64,000 nt of DNA, taken from a virus. Taxonomy: Duplodnaviria; Caudoviricetes. The DNA lies in IMG/VR virus record IMGVR_UViG_3300047160_004205, positions 1,686 through 65,685 of that record; one strand, written 5' to 3'. The position numbers and the translations under genes are program-made. The notes under the pieces were generated by a model, which searched no databases, was not told the origin of the DNA, and saw only the letters and a list, made by a program, of their open reading frames with translations. Below are positions 28,875 through 38,691 of this stretch, piece after piece; position 1 is the stretch's first letter, and the number at the start of each line of letters is the position of its first letter.

Positions 28875-30644
28875 TCACCTGTGTTTGCCGCCAGTAAGCG
28901 ATTTCTCCAGAACCTTCCGCGCGCCTTCCGGGTCCGTCTGCATAAGTTGTTTGATAGTCTCCGCCTTTTGCTTCTTCGCCTCGCGCGCGGAAATCTTGGC
29001 GATTTCCTTGTTCGGCAGCGGCGTATTATCGATCACATACTCTTCATCAACGACGCCGCGTTGCTGTGCCGCGAACACCAGTTGCGTGTTCTCGTCGGAG
29101 AAGATCGGCGAGGAGGAGTGGCTATCTACCGTAATCCTCCAGTCAGGCGGCAAATCGGTGAGCAAAAAGCTGGATTCCTCGATCTTCTTGATGTCGTCAC
29201 CTTCCGTCCAATAAAACCTTTCTTCCTTCAACTCGCGCAAGGACGCTGTAAGGTCCGCGCACTCCGCGCAGTTTCGTTCCACGATCAGGGCGCGATCACG
29301 CAGTGTCGGAGAGGCGGTTTTCATCAGCATGTTCGCGTGCGAGCCAGCTCGCACACCCTGTTCACCCATGCCCTGCATGATCGGAGGGAAGCCCCTGATG
29401 ATGTTGATTTGCTCCTGTATCCATTTGAGCAGTGGCAGGGCTTCAGCAGGAAGCTGCGGTGTCAGATCGTTGACTTGGGCACCGGGACCGAGATTCCCAA
29501 ACCCGGCCGCGCGCCACTGGCCGTAGAGTTCATCGGTGATAGTGTTGTCACCAGCGAAGAAAATCAGCTTATCGACTTGCATCCCGTACATGCGCTTCAG
29601 GTCATCGCACCACATCGACAGAAGCGCCTGCGGCTCGATCAGATCAACCAACTCCGATCGCCCCCAGAACCATCCCTCAGTTTCGTTGGGCTGTATCTTT
29701 CTAAACGGCTGAAGCGCCGCCCCGGATTTCCCCGACAATAGGTTCTCTTGCTTGAAAATAATCCTCCCATCACTGTACGGCGTCACCAAAATATCCGGCT
29801 CGATCAACTGGATTGTAACGTAATCGCCTTTGTCGCCCTTCACCCAGAGTTCATGGAACCGCACTTGATCGACGGCGATTACCGGCCCCATCAGCGAGTA
29901 ATTTGGATCATTGTTCATCTGCACGATGCCACCGGGAACCGGCGATATCATGCTCTGTATCCCAGTGTTAATTTGCGAGGTTGATAAGACTTGATGGAAA
30001 AAGCTCGACGGCTCCCCGCTCGCCTGACCCTTTCGGGCGTTGGTCATAATCTTGGTGTAAAGCTGCTCCGCCTTCGGCAGTTTCCAAATCCTCTTCCAAA
30101 TCTCCGGTCCTGTAAGATTTGATGTCTCGCAGAGGATTTCCTGCTCATCGATCTTTACCTTGTCCTCCCGGTACACTCCGAAATTCCACGGCATTACCAA
30201 AGCATCCCTGTAGACGGGATGCTCATCCTCGCCATGCCCTTCCATTTCGGGCCACTGCTTTTGAAGAACGCAACCGTATTTGAGCGACTCGAAAACCCCC
30301 CGGGCAAATGCAATATCGGTGGAGTTCCGCTCCCAAATCCGCGTCACCCCCTTCGCAGCTTCCGCGCCCCTTTGGTAAATCTGCTTCGGATACGGCTTCT
30401 CGAAATCCATGCTGAACTTGAGTTCCACCGGAGAGAAGAGGTGGGCGGCGGTCTCATCCAGCGACTTGTGCAGCATGTTCAAGAGAGACTTGGTGCCGTC
30501 GTACCTTCCCGTCTCGGCAAGCGCGTTCATCGTCCGGTAATAGGCCGCGCGCATCCCCTGAGAGGCGCGGCAGGCTTCCACCCATTCGTTGGCTTTATCG
30601 AGGAGCTTAATCGGATCGGTGGGGATGCCCCCGGGGATGCTCAT
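28875..30644 (-). CDS. Portal protein
   Basis: 589 aa between terminase and scaffold; WFWGRSELVDLIEPQ and P22-like portal pattern. Confidence 0.85.
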   Translation of the reverse strand: MSIPGGIPTDPIKLLDKANEWVEACRASQGMRAAYYRTMNALAETGRYDGTKSLLNMLHKSLDETAAHLFSPVELKFSMDFEKPYPKQIYQRGAEAAKGVTRIWERNSTDIAFARGVFESLKYGCVLQKQWPEMEGHGEDEHPVYRDALVMPWNFGVYREDKVKIDEQEILCETSNLTGPEIWKRIWKLPKAEQLYTKIMTNARKGQASGEPSSFFHQVLSTSQINTGIQSMISPVPGGIVQMNNDPNYSLMGPVIAVDQVRFHELWVKGDKGDYVTIQLIEPDILVTPYSDGRIIFKQENLLSGKSGAALQPFRKIQPNETEGWFWGRSELVDLIEPQALLSMWCDDLKRMYGMQVDKLIFFAGDNTITDELYGQWRAAGFGNLGPGAQVNDLTPQLPAEALPLLKWIQEQINIIRGFPPIMQGMGEQGVRAGSHANMLMKTASPTLRDRALIVERNCAECADLTASLRELKEERFYWTEGDDIKKIEESSFLLTDLPPDWRITVDSHSSSPIFSDENTQLVFAAQQRGVVDEEYVIDNTPLPNKEIAKISAREAKKQKAETIKQLMQTDPEGARKVLEKSLTGGKHR

Positions 30645-31111
30645 CCGCGACCGTTAACTTTCTGGATTTGGCCCAAGGCTTTCGCCCCCGCATGGGGAGC
30701 GTACCCCGTATGGGCGGCTGCGGCATAGTCTGCGCCGTTCGCCTGGAAGCCGCCAAGGCCACGCATCTCCCGGGCGACCGTGGGAGGTTTGTAGTAAGTC
30801 TCCCCGGGCTGCACATTGTCGCGGAGATCGGTGATCTTTAGATGCGACATCTCAGAAACGGGTACACCCGCCATCGAGGCCGCCGTTTCGGCGCGCTCGA
30901 TGCTTTTCGCTTCCATTTCTCGGAAAACCTTATCGGGCGTGGCTGCGGTAGCCCCGTGTAACGCGGGGAGGCGGATGACATCCCCGGGATCAGCCTCAAA
31001 CTCGACGCCGCATAGCGGACAGGCTTCCGGGTAGGCATTGGGGTGATAGAACTTATTGCCGCACTCATGGCAGCGGATTTTAACCCGGGTCTTAGTACCT
31101 CCGCCCGCCAT
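30641..31111 (-). CDS. Zn-ribbon (FmdB-like) protein
   Basis: CHECG...CPLCG; between terminase and portal. Confidence 0.65.
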   Translation of the reverse strand: MAGGGTKTRVKIRCHECGNKFYHPNAYPEACPLCGVEFEADPGDVIRLPALHGATAATPDKVFREMEAKSIERAETAASMAGVPVSEMSHLKITDLRDNVQPGETYYKPPTVAREMRGLGGFQANGADYAAAAHTGYAPHAGAKALGQIQKVNGRG

Positions 31112-33008
31112 ATCGCCAGTTATTCCTCATCATCTGGGCTTGAAGGTTCAGTCTACCCACTTTCTTGGTTTTGAAAAAGTCCTCTAGGTGGTTCTGATTG
31201 AACAATTGAACCTGATCCACGATGCTCAATTGCCGCCTTGCCGCCTCCGCCTCCCGGGTTTTCTTCTGGGCGATCAAGCCCTGCATGATCTTGGCTTCCC
31301 AGTAGTGGACGGCAAGAGCTAGGGCGAACACCCGATCGTCCTTCATCTTCCCAGGCGCTTTGATCGAATCGCCTTCTCGGGCGATGGTTTTCATTTCGTC
31401 AATCGCCGCAAGAGAGCGTACATGCAATTTATTGTTAGCCACAAAATCCCTAAGCCGCTCCATAACTGTAACTTTGCGGCCGATGTTAGTGACCCAGTGC
31501 CAATTATACCCAGCCCCCATAGAGTCAGGCCGAGTATAGATATAAGTGCGAACATTCCTGAAGATGTCAGCAAGTCCTTTGTCTTGGACGATCGGTTGGT
31601 GTCGCGCGGCATCGATCTTCATCCTCAGGTTTTTGAGTTCGTTAAAAACCGCCGTACCCGGGCCATTGAGTTCAAGTATGTATCGCACCTCCGCGCGGGC
31701 CTGCCCGTACCATCCGAGCAGAGAAGCAACAACCCATGCCAACTGATACGTTGTAACCAGCGGCCAAGCGTACTCCGCAACCTGATCCACGCCATCCGCG
31801 TAGCAACGTAGTATTTGGATTGACGATCGATCATTTTCCTCGTTCTCCCCAAAGGCCGGATCAACCGCCATGACATAGCTGCCGTCCGGATCGGGCTCCT
31901 CCCAGACTTTCAACTCCGTCATCCGCATGTTCTCAGCCGGGTACACACGCATGTCGGTGAACTCGGCACCCGCCCAAAACATATAGCCCTTGTACTTATT
32001 GGAGACGTGCTCGCGCGTTAGTTCGGTAAGCTTCTCTTGCGGGAAAAATACCGATCCCGTTTGCTGGAACGCCTCCGATTCAGTCCAGGGTTGCTCTTGG
32101 ATGCGTATTGGAGAACCTTCATAGTCCGGTCCTGAATCTTCACCGGCGTCCGCAGTTGGGTCCATCTTGCGACGAATCCAAGCAAGCTGTTCAACATCGA
32201 CATCATAGCCGTAGAACTTCTTTACCGATTGAATCTTATCGATTTCGCGACTCGTCGGCGGCGCTTTGCCATACATATCAAAATCGATGGCATCACACGT
32301 TATCCTTTGGCTCTCCTTACTCCACCAGCCGAGGAAGATGCACTTGCGGTGGAGCGGATCGCGGCGGGCTTCCTCCCACATTTCCCACCAATGGTTATAC
32401 CCGCGCGCAGTGCTTTCTCTAATGTAGAGTCTGTCTGGGTTAGCATCCGATAAGCTCTGTTCAAAGGCCTCCAATCCTTCATCGTTATCGTAAGAACAGA
32501 GTTCGGATAGAGTGGCAAGCGCAAGACCGACAGAACGCCCCAGTGTTCCAGAACTCTTAGATTTTCTAACACCCGCTGACATAAAAAGGACTTTGCTCTC
32601 ATTGTAGAGCGTGAGCCCAACACGGTTGTTCGTTTTGATCTTCGGGAACCTGAGGCTTTTCGGTAAGTCATTTATCATTACCTCCAGTTCGGCGCGGGAC
32701 TCCTGCTTGTTCTGATCTGTGTCAAAAACAATAGCTCCCTTGAGCCCGGGGAACATCCCCTCAAAGAAAATCATCAAGGCGCGGACAAGGGTGCTGATGC
32801 CCAACTGCCGCGACTTGAGGATGTAGATGTCGTGGATATCGTTCTCTAGGGCGTTGAAAATCTCGGTAATGGCATAGCGTTGGCCCCAATAGAGGCTCTC
32901 GCCAAGACATACCCGCCCGTAGTCCTTGGAGTTGATATAACAACGGCTGAGGAAGGCGTAGAACGCCTTCTCAGCCGTTTGCCGCTTCTGCTTAGACCAA
33001 CCAGACAC
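31092..33008 (-). CDS. terL: Terminase large subunit
   Basis: LKSRQLGIST Walker A, ESTARG motif III, VDPAFG and KDDRVFALALA RNase H-like nuclease motifs. Confidence 0.92.
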   Translation of the reverse strand: MSGWSKQKRQTAEKAFYAFLSRCYINSKDYGRVCLGESLYWGQRYAITEIFNALENDIHDIYILKSRQLGISTLVRALMIFFEGMFPGLKGAIVFDTDQNKQESRAELEVMINDLPKSLRFPKIKTNNRVGLTLYNESKVLFMSAGVRKSKSSGTLGRSVGLALATLSELCSYDNDEGLEAFEQSLSDANPDRLYIRESTARGYNHWWEMWEEARRDPLHRKCIFLGWWSKESQRITCDAIDFDMYGKAPPTSREIDKIQSVKKFYGYDVDVEQLAWIRRKMDPTADAGEDSGPDYEGSPIRIQEQPWTESEAFQQTGSVFFPQEKLTELTREHVSNKYKGYMFWAGAEFTDMRVYPAENMRMTELKVWEEPDPDGSYVMAVDPAFGENEENDRSSIQILRCYADGVDQVAEYAWPLVTTYQLAWVVASLLGWYGQARAEVRYILELNGPGTAVFNELKNLRMKIDAARHQPIVQDKGLADIFRNVRTYIYTRPDSMGAGYNWHWVTNIGRKVTVMERLRDFVANNKLHVRSLAAIDEMKTIAREGDSIKAPGKMKDDRVFALALAVHYWEAKIMQGLIAQKKTREAEAARRQLSIVDQVQLFNQNHLEDFFKTKKVGRLNLQAQMMRNNWRYGGRRY

Positions 33009-33454
33009 TAGGTGACGTTATCAGCGATCGATACCGAAGTCAGCACTTGCGGGGCCGCGACGATGGTAATCATATCGACTGCGGCAAATGTTTTGCCGTT
33101 CACCGTCACTGAGAGGTTTACCGTGTCGGACCCTTCGGCGACAGCCGTCAAGATGGCGGAGTTGCCATCAGACGCCACCACGAAGGTATCGCAATCGGGA
33201 GGATTCGGTGAGTTGCTCCACGACGGCGGGGCATCCGGCGTCACCGGGGACTGCATCGGATTGCCGTTCTGATCGAGATAGACAATAGTCATCTTGTCTT
33301 GGTGGCCAACATTCAAAGTCGTCATGATCCTCACCGTTTTGTTGTGCTTCAGTTCGTAGACTTCCTCACAGAGTCCAACTCTAATTACCAAAAAAACCCT
33401 GACGGGTTTGCCTCTCTTCTTCTTTTCCTTCGGCTTTTGAGCCATGGAACCCAC
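33008..33454 (-). CDS. Ig-like domain protein (start uncertain)
   Basis: LDQNGNP...WS...AILTAVAEGSDTVNLSVT Ig-like pattern. Confidence 0.5.
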   Translation of the reverse strand: MGSMAQKPKEKKKRGKPVRVFLVIRVGLCEEVYELKHNKTVRIMTTLNVGHQDKMTIVYLDQNGNPMQSPVTPDAPPSWSNSPNPPDCDTFVVASDGNSAILTAVAEGSDTVNLSVTVNGKTFAAVDMITIVAAPQVLTSVSIADNVT

Positions 33455-33686
33455 GGTATTACTTTATCGTTATGACAGTATGAACACCATCATTCAAATA
33501 GTCATTGCGCTGATTGTAGCTGGCTTCATCCTGTGGGCAATCCGGCAGATTATCGGCCTGATCCCGATGGATGCCTGGATCAAGCAAGTAGTCGAGGTGC
33601 TGTTACTGATCGCGGTTGTCGCGATCGTCCTATTTTACGTCATCGTCCCGCTGCTGCACATGCTCGCTGGAAGTCTGCACCTTTAG
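33444..33686 (+). CDS. Small two-TM membrane protein
   Basis: IIQIVIALIVAGFILWAIRQII...LLLIAVVAIVLF. Confidence 0.6.
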   Translation: MEPTVLLYRYDSMNTIIQIVIALIVAGFILWAIRQIIGLIPMDAWIKQVVEVLLLIAVVAIVLFYVIVPLLHMLAGSLHL

Positions 33687-33772
33687 GCCGCGCAACTGCA
33701 TCCTTTCGGCGCGGATCAGGCCAGTCAGCGCATCAAGGTCCCTAGCTAGCTTCAAATAAAATTGCCTCTCTG

Positions 33773-34036
33773 TCATAACGGCAACTCCCTAGCGCGCTTC
33801 AGCGCCGCCCCGTAAGTCCAGGGTTTGGTTGAGGCGACGGCAATGCGTTCTGAGTAGCCCGGGTACGACAACTCAACTGGCATACCGCCGCCGCAAGACT
33901 TTTCGGCGTGGGTTTCGCGACAGAACTCGCCGTACATGCAATTAGTCCATGATGTTTCCCAATCGTACTTGCCTTCAGGCTCTTTGGTTTCGAGCCAAGC
34001 CACCAACCGATCGCGAAACGAAGTTCTAGCTAGCAT
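33773..34036 (-). CDS. Hypothetical protein
   Basis: 87 aa, GGAGG RBS, coupled. Confidence 0.65.
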   Translation of the reverse strand: MLARTSFRDRLVAWLETKEPEGKYDWETSWTNCMYGEFCRETHAEKSCGGGMPVELSYPGYSERIAVASTKPWTYGAALKRARELPL

Positions 34037-34289
34037 TATCTCCTCCCTCCAAACGCCTGTGCCTGCCGTTCCTTCTCCTGTAGCTTATCCATCGCTACCT
34101 TCAACTCAGTTTGCACCGCATTCCAGAAAAACACTGCTGCGCTAGCGTCGTCAGACTTGGACACAACCAGACGGCCAACCGGATCGCCCCCTTGAGTGGG
34201 CGGAAAAAACACAAACGCACCGCCAAACTTACCGGGATTACGCTCGATGTCCGCCGCCATCTCAGTAAAGGCATCAGACGCTTTGCTCA
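34036..34289 (-). CDS. Hypothetical protein (likely start MSKASD)
   Basis: Coupled to downstream gene. Confidence 0.55.
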
Positions 34290-34443
34290 TTGCACCCACA
34301 CAGAGTTGAAAAGATTGAATGCGTTGACACAATTAAAGCATCCGCTTCATGCCTTTGATAACCTTTTGCAACAATGCGTCCACACTTTTCGCACCGCCAC
34401 GTAACCGGAGAATAATACGGCAACGGCTTACCTAGACCGTCAT

Positions 34444-34662
34444 TCATCCCACATACCTGTGTTGATACTTGCCCTTGATCTGCATGTTGATTGCTTCTCC
34501 TACCGACGCGGCATTGGCAACGCTCCGAGCCACATCCTCAGACACACCGGAGTAGACACTCACCCGCCCCGAGTTCCACGTCACAGTCATTTCCTCGCTA
34601 TCGGAATCGTAACCGATGTCCTGCGCCATCGAGGAGTAGACATTTTGAGACCAGCTAGCCAC
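34444..34662 (-). CDS. KTSC domain protein
   Basis: SSMAQDIGYD...MTVTWNSGRVSVYSGV...ASVGEAINMQIKGKY. Confidence 0.85.
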   Translation of the reverse strand: MASWSQNVYSSMAQDIGYDSDSEEMTVTWNSGRVSVYSGVSEDVARSVANAASVGEAINMQIKGKYQHRYVG

Positions 34663-34987
34663 GGACGTTCTCCGGGTTGTTCATTATCTCAGCCATTATC
34701 GGTCGCAGCACTTCGTCATTATCCTCCACCGTCTCATCGCCAAACAACAGAAACGGTATAGGCATCAAAAGCGGCTTGCGCGGATCGTACCAAGGGTTTC
34801 CCGGTGGAACGCGCCAGACAATTATACGTCTGCGATCCCGCTTGTGCGGCCCGAGCGACAGGAACTCCGCCTCAAGCTCCTCCGAGTAAACCATCGCGCG
34901 CTGCTTGGTCTTGGTTAAAATCTTCACAGGCTCTCGGATGCGGTAATTGCGATCCTTGTGCGTGGCGAAGAACTCCTCATCAGTCAT
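34655..34987 (-). CDS. Hypothetical protein
   Basis: 110 aa coupled in operon. Confidence 0.65.
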   Translation of the reverse strand: MTDEEFFATHKDRNYRIREPVKILTKTKQRAMVYSEELEAEFLSLGPHKRDRRRIIVWRVPPGNPWYDPRKPLLMPIPFLLFGDETVEDNDEVLRPIMAEIMNNPENVRG

Positions 34988-35279
34988 CGATCGTCGGTGC
35001 CTCCAGCTTCTTTTGAGCCTGATTCATGTCCTGCTGGATCAACTCCCTCGCTCTCGTTTTGATTACCTTCAGCCACTTATCCAGCGCATCGAGAGGATAG
35101 TCGCCGACAGATTTATGCGAGGCGATAGCTGCTGCCGCCAACACTTGCGCCATGGCTTCGGCATACTTGGTGATCCCGTGCTGTGTCTTAACCACAGTCA
35201 AATAGTGCCGCACCATCTCATCGGTAAACGGACCTCCATCATCGCTGGTAAATATTGGTATCTCTCGAAGATCGATCAT
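34980..35279 (-). CDS. Hypothetical protein (likely start MIDLRE)
   Basis: GAGG RBS upstream of 35279. Confidence 0.55.
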   Translation of the reverse strand: MIDLREIPIFTSDDGGPFTDEMVRHYLTVVKTQHGITKYAEAMAQVLAAAAIASHKSVGDYPLDALDKWLKVIKTRARELIQQDMNQAQKKLEAPTIDD

Positions 35280-35295
35280 GGATATTCCTCGTCCG

Positions 35296-35454
35296 TCATT
35301 TCTGTACGGCCTTGTTAACCAAGGCAACGATACGACTGGTGGCTTGATAAAGTTTTTCGTACATCCGCTTCCATTTTCGATTCTCATGGGCAAACCAACC
35401 AGCGCCCACCCAAACGCCAAGCACAAAAGCGATAACCACCATTGCAAACGTCAT
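35296..35454 (-). CDS. 52-aa single-TM protein (below track cutoff)
   Basis: Manual translation MTFAMVVIAFVLGVWVGAGWFAHENRKW...; ATGA overlap with 35451 stop. Confidence 0.5.
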   Translation of the reverse strand: MTFAMVVIAFVLGVWVGAGWFAHENRKWKRMYEKLYQATSRIVALVNKAVQK

Positions 35455-36884
35455 GCGCGCTTCCTCTTCCTGGCCTCCAGCCGCATTTCCAGGTCGCCAA
35501 TCATGTTCTCAAACACCGGCTCCCACCGGCAATCCTCCCCCTGCTTGTAAATCCGGTGCTTTGGGGCCCAGATGACATCCTTGCCGTCGTGGCCCACCCG
35601 GTAGTCCGGAGCCATGTAGGCGTAGGGCATCCAAAATTCCTTGCCCACCATGGAACAGATGTGGCCCAAGGCGCTTTCACACCCGATTACCAAGTCTAGG
35701 TTCTGCAACAGGGCTACCGTGTCACAGACATCTCGGATGTATGGGCTCAGGGGCTTAATCATCGCCCCTGCGCCAATGAGATTGGCGTCGTTCTCCCCCT
35801 CCCCGACTTGCAGGGAGTAAAGCTGGATGCCCGGAACCCGGTATAGCTCCAAAAAGTGCTGCACCGGGATAGTGCGGTGGCTGTCGATGTCGTTCAGCTT
35901 TGAGCCCTTCCACGCCACCCCGATATGAAGCTTCTGATCGGGATACATCCACGTATTCGGCAGATGAAAAATAGGCGGCGTAATCTGTTTCGTCCTGCGG
36001 ATTTGCTCATCCGAGAGCCCCAGCGCAAACGGCAGGCTTACAAACGTAGTCCACACATCCGCCTGCGGGAACGTACTGCCTTGGGGCAGGAAATTGAGGT
36101 TCTTGATGCCAATAAAGGCGTGCATGAATAGCCGCATCAACTCGGGTTGGATGTAGACGTGAAGGTATTTTGCCTTCTTCGCCGCCATTTCTACAAAGCG
36201 GGCGAACGAGAGCGTGTCCCCGAGCCCCTGATCGGCGACGAGAAACACCACCTTGTCGTCCTCCCCCTCCCATTTAGGGTAGGGGTAGGCGAGGTACTGG
36301 TGGAGTCGCCACTCGAAGCGACATTCAAAGTGCCGGAAGCCCTCTTTGAAGTTCCTGTTGAAGAGAAGGGCAAAAGATAAAGCGGCCCGATTAACCAACT
36401 CATCCGGTTTGATGTCGTAAGCCCTCCTCGCGCACCTTACCGCTTCCTCATTTTGCGAGCGGAGACCGTGGACCTGAGCGAGATTGACCCATGCGTGGTG
36501 ACATGCCGGATCGAGTTCTATTGCTTTCCTCAGGACTTCATCGGCTTCATCAAAGTACCCGAGCGTAAACAGCCGCCAGCCCATGTCGCTGTAGCACTTT
36601 ACCAACTCTTCCTTGTCGGGCTGCTCCTGCTGAAGCGCACGACGGTAAGCGGAAACGGCAGCGCGGAGCCAGTTGCGGCGATGCTCTACGGGAAAGTCTG
36701 GATTCTCCGACAGACCGCCGATATTAGCTGCGTACTGGAACCAACCATGCGCCCATAGCGGGTCCATCTCACAAGCACTGGCAAAGAGTTGGAAAGCCGT
36801 GGTGGGATTCGACGGCTTCGACTTGTCGTTTATCGTCTCTACGCCTTGGTTAAAAAACCTTATCGCTGTTGTGCGATCGCCCAT
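35451..36884 (-). CDS. TPR + GT9-like glycosyltransferase
   Basis: TPR helices; DQGLGDTL, TFVSLP, GVAWKGS, YSLQVG, LDLVIGCESALGHI; paralogous to C-terminal part of 9191..11449. Confidence 0.85.
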   Translation of the reverse strand: MGDRTTAIRFFNQGVETINDKSKPSNPTTAFQLFASACEMDPLWAHGWFQYAANIGGLSENPDFPVEHRRNWLRAAVSAYRRALQQEQPDKEELVKCYSDMGWRLFTLGYFDEADEVLRKAIELDPACHHAWVNLAQVHGLRSQNEEAVRCARRAYDIKPDELVNRAALSFALLFNRNFKEGFRHFECRFEWRLHQYLAYPYPKWEGEDDKVVFLVADQGLGDTLSFARFVEMAAKKAKYLHVYIQPELMRLFMHAFIGIKNLNFLPQGSTFPQADVWTTFVSLPFALGLSDEQIRRTKQITPPIFHLPNTWMYPDQKLHIGVAWKGSKLNDIDSHRTIPVQHFLELYRVPGIQLYSLQVGEGENDANLIGAGAMIKPLSPYIRDVCDTVALLQNLDLVIGCESALGHICSMVGKEFWMPYAYMAPDYRVGHDGKDVIWAPKHRIYKQGEDCRWEPVFENMIGDLEMRLEARKRKRA

Positions 36885-37828
36885 GATACTATCTTTAGTC
36901 CCTCTTCCAGCGTGACTACCGGCGTGAAGTATCCTGACATCAGGGTTGTATCTGCCACTCGCGAGAAAACGCCCTCAGGCTTCGTTGGATCGTTCCCAAT
37001 TACCGCATCGTGTCCGACTATGTTGCACGCGATCTGCGCTAACTGCCGAAACGACGTGGCGCGGCCAGTCCCGAGATTGAGAGGCTTGCCGGATAGCTCC
37101 TCGACATCCATTGTTTTCATGACGGCGCTCACCACGTCGTCTATCCAGATGAAATCCCGCTGCTGATCTCCCGAGCCCCACACTGTGATCGGATTTTCCT
37201 TATCGACTACCCGTTTGACGATGGCGGGAACTGGATAAGACGGGTGCTGATCCTCCCCATAACCCCCAAACGGACGGTAAATCCGCACGTCGAGGCCGTA
37301 TTGTTCGTGCGCGAACTTCGCCAGATACTCCCCGGTTAGTTTCGCCCAACCGTAAGTCATGTCGGGAAGCTCAATCATCCGGGCCTCATCACCAAAATCC
37401 AAATCAATTTCCCTCAATCGAAGCTCCGGAGTCGTGCGAGTCTGATAGGAGTTTGGATAGGCGGCGGGGGAGGAGAAATAAATCACCTTGGGCGGCAATT
37501 TCCCACGCGCTGCCCAGTTGAACATCTCGGCATCGATTGAGAGATCGGTGGCAACCGCCAGCGGATCGTTCTCGATATTGAGCCTGCCGCCGACAACAGC
37601 GGCGAGGTGAACCACTAAATCGAAACTTGCCGACGTAAAGGCGTGAAAGAAGTCCCGCACATCCATGTAGTGCAGATCGAACTTCTTCGTCGGCTTGTGC
37701 ATCCAGTCGTCTAGCGGCTTCCCGGTGGTAAGATTATCCACCACCACCACATCGTAGCCGTCATTAAGCAGCCGATTGACGAACCTTCTGCCTACGAATC
37801 CACAACCACCTGTAACCAGTGCTCTCAT
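36860..37828 (-). CDS. NAD-dependent NDP-sugar epimerase/dehydratase (extended SDR)
   Basis: LVTGGCGFVG, HLAAVVGG, FSS, YGWAK (YxxxK), RPFGGYG. Confidence 0.92.
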   Translation of the reverse strand: MRALVTGGCGFVGRRFVNRLLNDGYDVVVVDNLTTGKPLDDWMHKPTKKFDLHYMDVRDFFHAFTSASFDLVVHLAAVVGGRLNIENDPLAVATDLSIDAEMFNWAARGKLPPKVIYFSSPAAYPNSYQTRTTPELRLREIDLDFGDEARMIELPDMTYGWAKLTGEYLAKFAHEQYGLDVRIYRPFGGYGEDQHPSYPVPAIVKRVVDKENPITVWGSGDQQRDFIWIDDVVSAVMKTMDVEELSGKPLNLGTGRATSFRQLAQIACNIVGHDAVIGNDPTKPEGVFSRVADTTLMSGYFTPVVTLEEGLKIVSWAIAQQR

Positions 37829-38010
37829 AACACCCCCTCCGCGCACATTAGTTTGCATTTCGACGGATCAATTGCGGGAAAAAACTGTACTCCGCCGTTT
37901 CTAGTCACACAGTAGAACTTAGGCACACCTTTCTGATTCGGCTTGTCCTGATGAAGCTGCCACATCTCCTCTTCGGTTATCAGAACAACCGCGCGCCAGT
38001 CACCGTTCAT
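37825..38010 (-). CDS. Hypothetical protein (start uncertain)
   Basis: Fills gap, ATGA-type coupling to epimerase. Confidence 0.4.
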   Translation of the reverse strand: MNGDWRAVVLITEEEMWQLHQDKPNQKGVPKFYCVTRNGGVQFFPAIDPSKCKLMCAEGVL

Positions 38011-38446
38011 CAAAAACAGCCCAGTTTCCAAACTCAGTTGGAAGATCGGCGGCAAGGCAATCAACCTTTTGATCGACTCGCTCACCAAATATCTTGGAGA
38101 TTTCATTTTTGGCACGAGTACGAACGCCGTTGATGCTATGGGTAAACCGTAATTTATCGGCTACCACCTCCGGTGCCCACCCCAGCGGATCATCGTATCC
38201 CTTTCGAATTACCCCCTCGTTCAACCAGATTTCTCGGTTAGAAAGCATCAACACCAAAATGGGATAAATCATCGATGATCTAGGGTACATGCTGGCGGGA
38301 TCGTCAATAAGACTGGCAATATCCTCCACAATCAGCTTCATCTCGGCCCGGTACGCCTCGCGATCAATAAAGATCGATTTCATCAGGCAGATGGAAAGCC
38401 GATCAATCAACTCAGCAATAGTGGGGAGATACCGTCGCTCTGTCAT
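38000..38446 (-). CDS. DUF6165-like helical protein
   Basis: TIAELIDRLSICLMK, NREIWLNEGVIRK, INGVRTRAKNEI match the ELxDKxTILxIK / NxxLWxxEDxIR / NDxRxxxKxxI pattern. Confidence 0.55.
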   Translation of the reverse strand: MTERRYLPTIAELIDRLSICLMKSIFIDREAYRAEMKLIVEDIASLIDDPASMYPRSSMIYPILVLMLSNREIWLNEGVIRKGYDDPLGWAPEVVADKLRFTHSINGVRTRAKNEISKIFGERVDQKVDCLAADLPTEFGNWAVFDER

Positions 38447-38670
38447 GTCACCGCTTTGACCGCCCACATCGCGGCTTCCTCGAACGCGGTCATGGCCAGC
38501 GCCAGCAAGCGCGCGCGTTCCTGTGCTCCGTCCAAACCGTTTGCCAGCGTTGTTTCACGGGCATTGTTGCACCAATCGATGCAATCCGCCGCCCGCTGTT
38601 TGATGTCGTTGACGTCGGTGTTGGCCGACGGGTTGAACGATAGCTGCACGCGATCGGTGCCGAGTGTCAT
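38443..38670 (-). CDS. Acb2/Tad1-like hairpin protein (putative cyclic-nucleotide sponge)
   Basis: FNPS...VNDIKQRAADCID...LALAMTAFEEAAMWAVKAVT; C-terminus parallels Acb2 LxxAxTxLxEAxMWAxxA. Confidence 0.75.
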   Translation of the reverse strand: MTLGTDRVQLSFNPSANTDVNDIKQRAADCIDWCNNARETTLANGLDGAQERARLLALAMTAFEEAAMWAVKAVT

Positions 38671-38691
38671 GACAAAATACCCTCCTTGCTG

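Noticed and set aside
28767-29741. 324-aa plus-strand ORF
   Set aside because: Antisense shadow of the portal gene
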